From NCBI RefSeq assembly GCF_009914755.1, contig NC_060940.1: 64,000 bases of DNA; one strand, given 5' to 3'. A model generated the notes under the pieces. It did not search any database. It saw only the letters and a program-made list of their open reading frames with translations, and was not told where the DNA came from. The position numbers and the translations under genes are program-made. Shown here in pieces: positions 57,141 through 64,000 of the stretch. How positions within the stretch are numbered: the first letter of the stretch is position 1; every line of letters starts with the position of its first letter. This stretch comes from the human T2T-CHM13v2.0 reference genome, Homo sapiens.

Positions 57141-58139
57141 CTAATACAAAATTGCCCTGTTCACATACAGGAATATCTTTAGCTGATGGCTATTCCCAAG
57201 GCTAAAAGAAAAGCCTTGTCTATGCTTTTAACGGCATTCCTCAGTGGTTGGTAAAAAATCATGGATGTGCCATGAAGAATATTGCAGAACATATAAAAAT
57301 GTGGCAAAAAATTGTTTAAGTACAAAAAATAATGACAAAAGTAGAAATCGTCTGTCTATTCATTCACTACATATTCATTGAATGCCTGTTATATGCACTT
57401 CACCCTGTGGGGATTCAAAAGTGAAAGTTGTAGGGTTCCAGGCTTCTACAGTCTATCAGGAAAGATAAGAGATAGTGAAATGGCTGGTGATCAAAGAACA
57501 CAATTTCCACCCTATGGAGATACAAAGTGGTATGAAAGTTCAGTATTAGGAGAGAGAACTTCATGGAAGAGGTGAGAGTTGGCATGTCCCTTAGGTTAGC
57601 ATGAGCATTTCTGTAGAAGCCAGATGTAAACTGCTGCAGGGAGCCATATACATAGCATTGTCTCATCTGCTTTGGGCTGCCCTCTCTCAGAACGGATTCT
57701 TCTGCTGAAAATGGATGGCTAATCAACTTAGTCATGAATCTGCAGCAGAGTTTTAAGCCTGATCTTGCTGATGAAGAGGAATTCATAATTGCCTGGAAGA
57801 AATGTTTCACTTTAATCCAGGGTACTAACTTTTTTGGGCCACTTTAATATTATTTAGGAACGTGGCAAGGTAATTAACCAGCAGCTTGTGTTAATACACT
57901 TAGAAAACATAAAATTGTTATTACTTTCTCATCAGATTCATCAATACCTTTAACTATCAGGAATATTGGTTCTTAGCCTTCAGTGAATTATTGGGGAAAC
58001 TTCTATATTATAAAAGCCAATAAATTGGCCCCTTAAGGAGAGCTACAGAAAATTTATGTCAGTGTAGGTTATGCAATTTCTTCCAAATTTTCACTTGTCT
58101 CTACCAGTACCCCAGTGCCACTTCAACCAGCTTGCCATT

Positions 58140-58770
58140 AACATTCACGGAACCTGAGGTGGGAGCTCAAATGGAGGTCTGTATTCCCTATATCTAAATA
58201 TTTAAAAGTTACAAATCAAATGGTTACATAAAAACATAAAACATGCTGTATCTTCTTACTCTGACAAATATATACCTTCCTTACACCCTGAGAAACCACA
58301 TTCTAGTTAGGAACCCTTGGACTTTAGACCATGACAGCGTAGGTATTTAGTTCACAGGTCCCAGACTCCAACCCATCCCCCTTCTCTTTCTACCTCTGTC
58401 TTTGTCTCTCACTATGAATTATTTCATGCAGATGTGTGGGGATACTCTGCCTACACATACAAAATTCATTCATTTCCCAGTCCTGCAAACTGTTACCCCT
58501 TGGATACCCCTCAGGCCTAGTGTTGTAGACCAAAAGGATGGACCCAGGGAAGAGTCCTGTACAGGTCTTGCAGGCACGCTTGAATTTCTAGATTCCTGAG
58601 GAGCGGAATGTGGTCTAGAGGAAGGGAAGTTGGTAAGTGATGAGTGGGCACCCTGCTCCCTGCCCCCCTGATCCCATGGACTCCCCACACAATGGGAAGG
58701 GATGAGATGGAGTCAGAGTGGGGCCAGAGTAGAGCTCTCTAATATGAGGCACAGAACTGGGGCCCATCTT
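58140..58770. mobile_element. hAT-Tip100 element (Zaphod/MER115-like)
   Basis: aaatggagg..tatctaaatatttaaaagttacaaatcaa...tgacaaatata motif. Confidence 0.5.
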
Positions 58771-60299
58771 GCTGTACGTTAGACTCTCCACTCTGCTGCT
58801 TGTCAGCAGTGGGGACTTATGCCAGCATTTACCTATATGAGCCTCAGTTTCCTAATCTGTATGAGGGGTCTTAAATCTGCTGCTTCTGCTACTACACATG
58901 GTTGTTGAGAGATCCATATAAATGTAACAGCATATGTGAGTACTCTGTAAAGATTCTATATACCAGTAATGTATTGTTACTATGCCATTTTTTTTTGTTT
59001 GCCATTTTACCACGCACTAATGGAAGGGTAAAGCACCTGTCTGCTGTGCACCTGCTCTAGTGTCCTCATTAACATATAACCAAAAATCAAGAATGAAGAG
59101 CTGATGACAAGGAGGCAAAGATTATTAAATGAACATCCTTTAGGTTTTATTTTTCCTAAACTTGCTGATTCCTCCAGGTCCAGAAGGATTACTTTAAGAC
59201 CCTCAGTTTGTGGACATGCGCTAATTTGCATGGGTGATTTGGACCCCAGATTGATGCTGTGTGAGGGACATTATTCTCCAGCTGTAAGGCAGGGTAACTC
59301 CTGCATTCAGCAGGAAGCTGACTGATAACTCATCCCTTCAGCGGGCAGAGAATATGCAGTGTACCTTTGTGGCAAAGGCAGCAGATTGAACGAGTGGGGT
59401 GTGCCGGGGAATGAATTACACCGTGAGCTTCTGCATCCATAAAAATGAGGCCACTCTTGGGTCAGGCGGGTGGGTGATGTGTCACACAAGCAGGTTAAAC
59501 TGATTCGACCCTCTGGCTCACTGATTTGAAGCTGACAAAAGGGGCTGTGCTGTGGCTCTGGGCTCAGAATTATCTTACTATTTTCTCTGGCCATTTTGAA
59601 CCAGGAAAACCTCTGGATTTTTATTTTTTTAGGATTGTATTTTCTTTCTTTCTTCCTCTTTTAAAAAACCTATTTCATTCCTATTTGCACAGAAATCCAA
59701 ATCAGTCTCATTCTCAGTGTAGGGATTTTGCTATATTTGGGGGCAAAATCCCCATATCTTTATCCTGTTTTAGCATCTTGCTAAATAGAACAAATTGTGC
59801 TATTTCTGGTTTTTTGCTTTTCAAAAGCAATTACTTCCCTGTCATTTCTAGACATTCAGGCAGAAGAGTCTGCCTTGATTACCCATCCTTCCTCTTCCCT
59901 CCCCCTTTCAAGTCTCTGGCTTCAGCACTGCTAGGGAAGGATTCAATTAAATGAGGTGTCAATGGAGCTACAACGGTTTCAGGTCAGAGACGTCAGTAAA
60001 AAGCTCCAGAGTTGCGCTGCCCCTGTGTATGTAAATGTATATATTTATACCGGGGATTTCAACTTGCAGGACTCTCCTCCTCTGCTCTTCCCTGATCAAA
60101 GATGAATGCTGAGGCAATTACTGCAAAGGAAAAGAAAATCAGGGCCCCCTCTTCATCCCTGTGCTGTTGGAGTTTAATTGCTTGGAATACTGGAGCAGAA
60201 GTCCTTTTCCTTTGCACACAGCCACATTCACACACACACAAACTTTCACAAAAATGGTTGTGCTAGGGCATAAACGCACATGATAGGGTGTGCAGGAAA

Positions 60300-60379
60300 A
60301 TATTCATGTACTCCTAAGTCCTATGCGTGTACATATTCACGTACATATTCATGTAACCCTAAGTCCTATGCATGTACAT
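60300..60379. repeat. ~45-bp tandem duplication
   Basis: atattcatgta(ct/ac)cctaagtcctatgc(g/a)tgtacat, two copies. Confidence 0.85.
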
Positions 60380-61509
60380 TTTCCTGCTTGATACACGGAA
60401 AAAATACTGTGCTCTCTGACTAATTTAATAAAAGCAATGCACAGTATCTGGTCCACATTAAAAGCTATATTTTTTTCTTCCTTTATAAAAGACTGAAAAT
60501 TTTTATTCTTACACTAAAATAGATAAAGTCAAAAAAGGAAGAAAATATAGGGAGAAGTCACAGCAACAAAATACATAAATTCTTTAAACTGCTTTTGTTG
60601 TTTAATTCTTCTGTACAAATCCCAGAAGTCCTAGGTCTCTGCACAAACACTTCACATGTCAGACCGTTTTAGCTTTGTGTAGGCAGTTACAAGGACAAGT
60701 TGAGTATTCCACACTATTCACTGTGTTCTAGGCTATTCTGTTTTTGTTCTCATATGGCATGGGTCAGGAAGAGGGATTCTAAGTTGCATCAACAAATATA
60801 AGGAGTGACATTTAGACACAGAAAATTTGAGCTCTGTCTATAATTAGTTCTGCTGTGTCCAGGCACCGGTAATGCACATGGCATCAACCTGGGGTGAATC
60901 TATGGTCACACAAAGAGCATGGGCTCTAAAGCATCCACATGGCAAATATAGGTTTTCATTTCAGCCTCCTGAGTGCTGTCAGGTTTTAAATATTATTATT
61001 TAGCTTAATTGGTTCCTCCTTTGATGGCAAGAGAGTAAAGATGGGGGGAAAAACCCCTCACAAATCCTGTGATCAACACAAAGACACACCACAGACACTT
61101 GGCTTTGTGTTAGGACCACTGAAAGTTTTTCTTTTTGTGGATTAAATAGTTAAGGCTGTGGGAGTGGAATACATGCCCATACTACCTAGGAAAGTTAAGA
61201 ATAAATACAGATTTTCGGAAAGGAATTCAGACCTTTTTTTCCACTGTTAGGATTTCTGAAATTTTGAAATTTTTTTCTAAAAATTTCAGAAAATGGGACC
61301 AAGTATAAACAACAACAACAACAAAATCACAAATTTTATTCCCTTATTTTAGGGGTTTGGAGGTAAATGTGGTTATGTGGAAGAGCCCCACAAATATGTC
61401 AAAGTGTTGCCTTGAAACCCTTAACGTCTGTAATGTTTTTGTTTGTTTTGTCCTAAGGACTGTTCTTGGCCTTGAGGATGTTCTCTCTTTAGGGTCCCCA
61501 GTGCTTTAG

Positions 61510-62190
61510 AAGGCAGTGAGCAAGAGAGACAAAGTCCTTGCCTTCCAGAGTTTATATTCCAGTAGAAGAGAAAGACTTGAGCAAATAAATAAATTGACAT
61601 ACATTATAATGTCAAGTAACAATTGAGTGCTATGAAGAAAAATAAAACAAGATCAGAAGAGAGAGACTGATGGAGTTTTTTTTAAGACAGGGCAATCAAG
61701 GAAGGCTTCTCTGAGGAAGTGACGTTTGAGCACAGACCTGTTTGAAGTGGAGTGAGCCATGGGAACATCTGTGGGGCAGGGGAATATACTTGGCTAAAAA
61801 AAAAGCAAGTCCAAAATTGAAAGATGGGAATCTGCTTGGCATATTTAAGGAACAGCAAAGAGGGTGGCATGGCTGAAATGCAGTAAGAAGAGTAGCAGAA
61901 AATGAATTCAGAGAGGTAGCCAGGGGCTATATTGTATTGGGCCATGCAGGCCATGTAAGACTTTATATTTTATTCTAATAGTGATGAGGAATCATTGGAA
62001 GATATTGAGTAGAGAATGATATTCTCTGGTCGACAATGTAAAGGACTAATTCTGGCCACTGTGTGGGGAAAAAGCACAGGGAGGCAAAAGTGGAAACAGA
62101 GACATCAGTTAGGAGGGTATTACAGCACCAAGAGAGAAATGATGGGTGGCTTGAACTAGGGTAGTAACAGTGGAGGTGATGGGAAGAGAA
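61510..62190 (-). mobile_element. L2 LINE
   Basis: ggaaggcttctctgaggaagtgacgtttgagcacagacctg. Confidence 0.8.
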
Positions 62191-62979
62191 ACTGTACCCA
62201 TAAGCTCTACCTAAGGGATCTACTAGAGGACAAACTTTAGACTAAAATTACTAGAGAGGCATTAAACATTAAATAGTTACTTGTAGAACTAACTGCGGAT
62301 TAAAAAAAGAGTTCATAGTATATAACAGCTATGTGATCTGAAAATCTAAAGATGGTATAATCATTAAAAAATAGGGGAGGGGCAGAGAAAAATAAGGATA
62401 ACATATGCCACAAATATTTAACTGTTTTTAGTAATCAAAAATGGTTTTTGATGGTAGAATAAGGATAATTTCAAACTTGTATATGTAATATGGTATAAAG
62501 TAAATGAGTAATTATGGGATATTCTAATTCTATCGTCCCATATGTCCTTGAGAACCAGAACTCTTGGTGTGGAAGAAAAGAGATGTAGGTGCAACACAGA
62601 ACATTTAAATTAATCCTGTAGTCCTGAATTTGAATTGGAGATATCAATATGAACTTATGATGTATTTATCTTGCTACATAGGAAATATAGGATACATATA
62701 TATAATAAATATAAGTATATGTAATTAAATATTTATAAACATAAATATAGGAAATAAATGCTATATTTTAAAATATCCATATATATAATATATATATTTT
62801 CATAGTTCAATCCATTTTAAAAGCCTTGAAATAATGACTAATCCAGTAGCATTAAGAATCTTTAGTGCCCAGACTGTGGTATTGAAATACTATTTTCTAT
62901 TAACAGAAATCAAGCCTTCTTAGAGAAATGGTTGATTCCAGGTCTATTGCAGGGAAACATACAGCCTAAGTTGGAATAT

Positions 62980-63333
62980 TGTACTAGTCTGTTTTCATGC
63001 TGCTGATAAAGACATATCTGAGACTGGGAAAATTACAAAAGAAAGAGATTTAATGGACTTACAGTTCTGTGTGGCTGGGGAGGCCTCACAATCATGGTGG
63101 AAGGCAAGGAGGAGCAAGTCACATCTTACATGTGTGGCAGCAGGCAAAGAGAGAGCTTGTGCAGGGAAACTCCCCCTTTTAAAACTATCATATCTTGTGA
63201 GACTTATTCACTATCATGAGAACAACACAGGAAAGACCTGCCCCTATAATTCAATTACTTCCCACAGGGTCCCTCCCACAATACGTGGGAATTCAAGATG
63301 AGATTTAGGTGGGGACACAGGCAAACCATATCA
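62980..63333 (-). mobile_element. THE1 solo LTR (THE1B/C-like)
   Basis: tgtactagtctgttttcatgctgctgataaagacata...gggacacaggcaaaccatatca. 5-bp TSD aatat/aacat. Confidence 0.92.
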
Positions 63334-63339
63334 AACATC

Positions 63340-63872
63340 CTTTTTTTTTTTTTTTTTTTTTTTTTGCTTTTCATTCTTTTTCCCATTTAAAATATTATTT
63401 TTAATCGACAAATAATTTCACATATGCATGAGGTACACAGTAATGTTTTGATGCATATAATGTATAGTGATCAGATCAGGGTAATTCGTGTATCTATTGC
63501 TTCAAAAATTTATCATTTCTTTGTGTTGGGAATGTTCAATATCTTTCTTCTAGCTATCTAAATCACATACTATTGTTAATTATAGTCTTCCTACAGTAGT
63601 ATAGAACACTAGAACTTATTCCTCTTATTTAGTTGTAATTTTGTATCTTTTAATACATCTCTCCCTTCTTCCTACACTTTCTAGCCTCTAGTATCATCTG
63701 TTCTACTTTTCACCTTTATAAGAGCAACTTTTTTTAGCTTCAACATATGAGTGAGAACATGTGGTGTTTAACTTTCTGTTCCTGGCTTATTTCACTTAAC
63801 ATAATACCCTCCAGTTCCATCTAGGTTGCTACAAATGATGAGATTTCAATTTTTTATGGCAAAATAGTATAT

Positions 63873-63909
<37 letters not shown>

Positions 63910-64000
63910 TAGCATATATACCACATTTTCTTTAACCATTTATTTCTTGTTGGATACCTAGGTTTACTTCACATCTTGGCTATTGTGAATAATGCTGCAA
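63340..64000 (-). mobile_element. L1MA-like 3' end with internal (TA)n
   Basis: Poly-T tail followed by antisense L1MA 3'UTR. (TA)n at about 63878-63906. Confidence 0.88.

Overview
This is human/primate-type genomic DNA: about 40% GC, with Alu, L1, L2, MIR, MaLR/ERVL LTR and hAT elements. No intact protein-coding gene is supportable, and nearly all entries in the ORF track are chance or repeat-derived. Two gene-derived objects stand out. (1) A full-length processed pseudogene of MYCBP (+ strand, 36554-39091) with a 14-bp TSD, an 8-nt frameshift and the long 3'UTR, inserted into a Charlie4a-like DNA transposon. (2) A heavily decayed, intron-containing gene on the - strand (about 48320 down to 25690). 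About 15 exon-like remnants, many still with AG/GT ends, translate with stops and frameshifts into peptides that match, in the correct N-to-C order, the FHA domain and coiled-coil regions of FHAD1 (and the related CCDC27 motif). It looks like a dead ancient FHAD1 paralogue. These alignments were made by eye against the FHAD1 sequence as I recall it and need tblastn confirmation. The window also contains a template-switch scar inside an Alu, a near-consensus AluY, nested insertions, a perfect palindrome, and repeat-free blocks that may be enhancers. Repeat subfamily names are by-eye calls.
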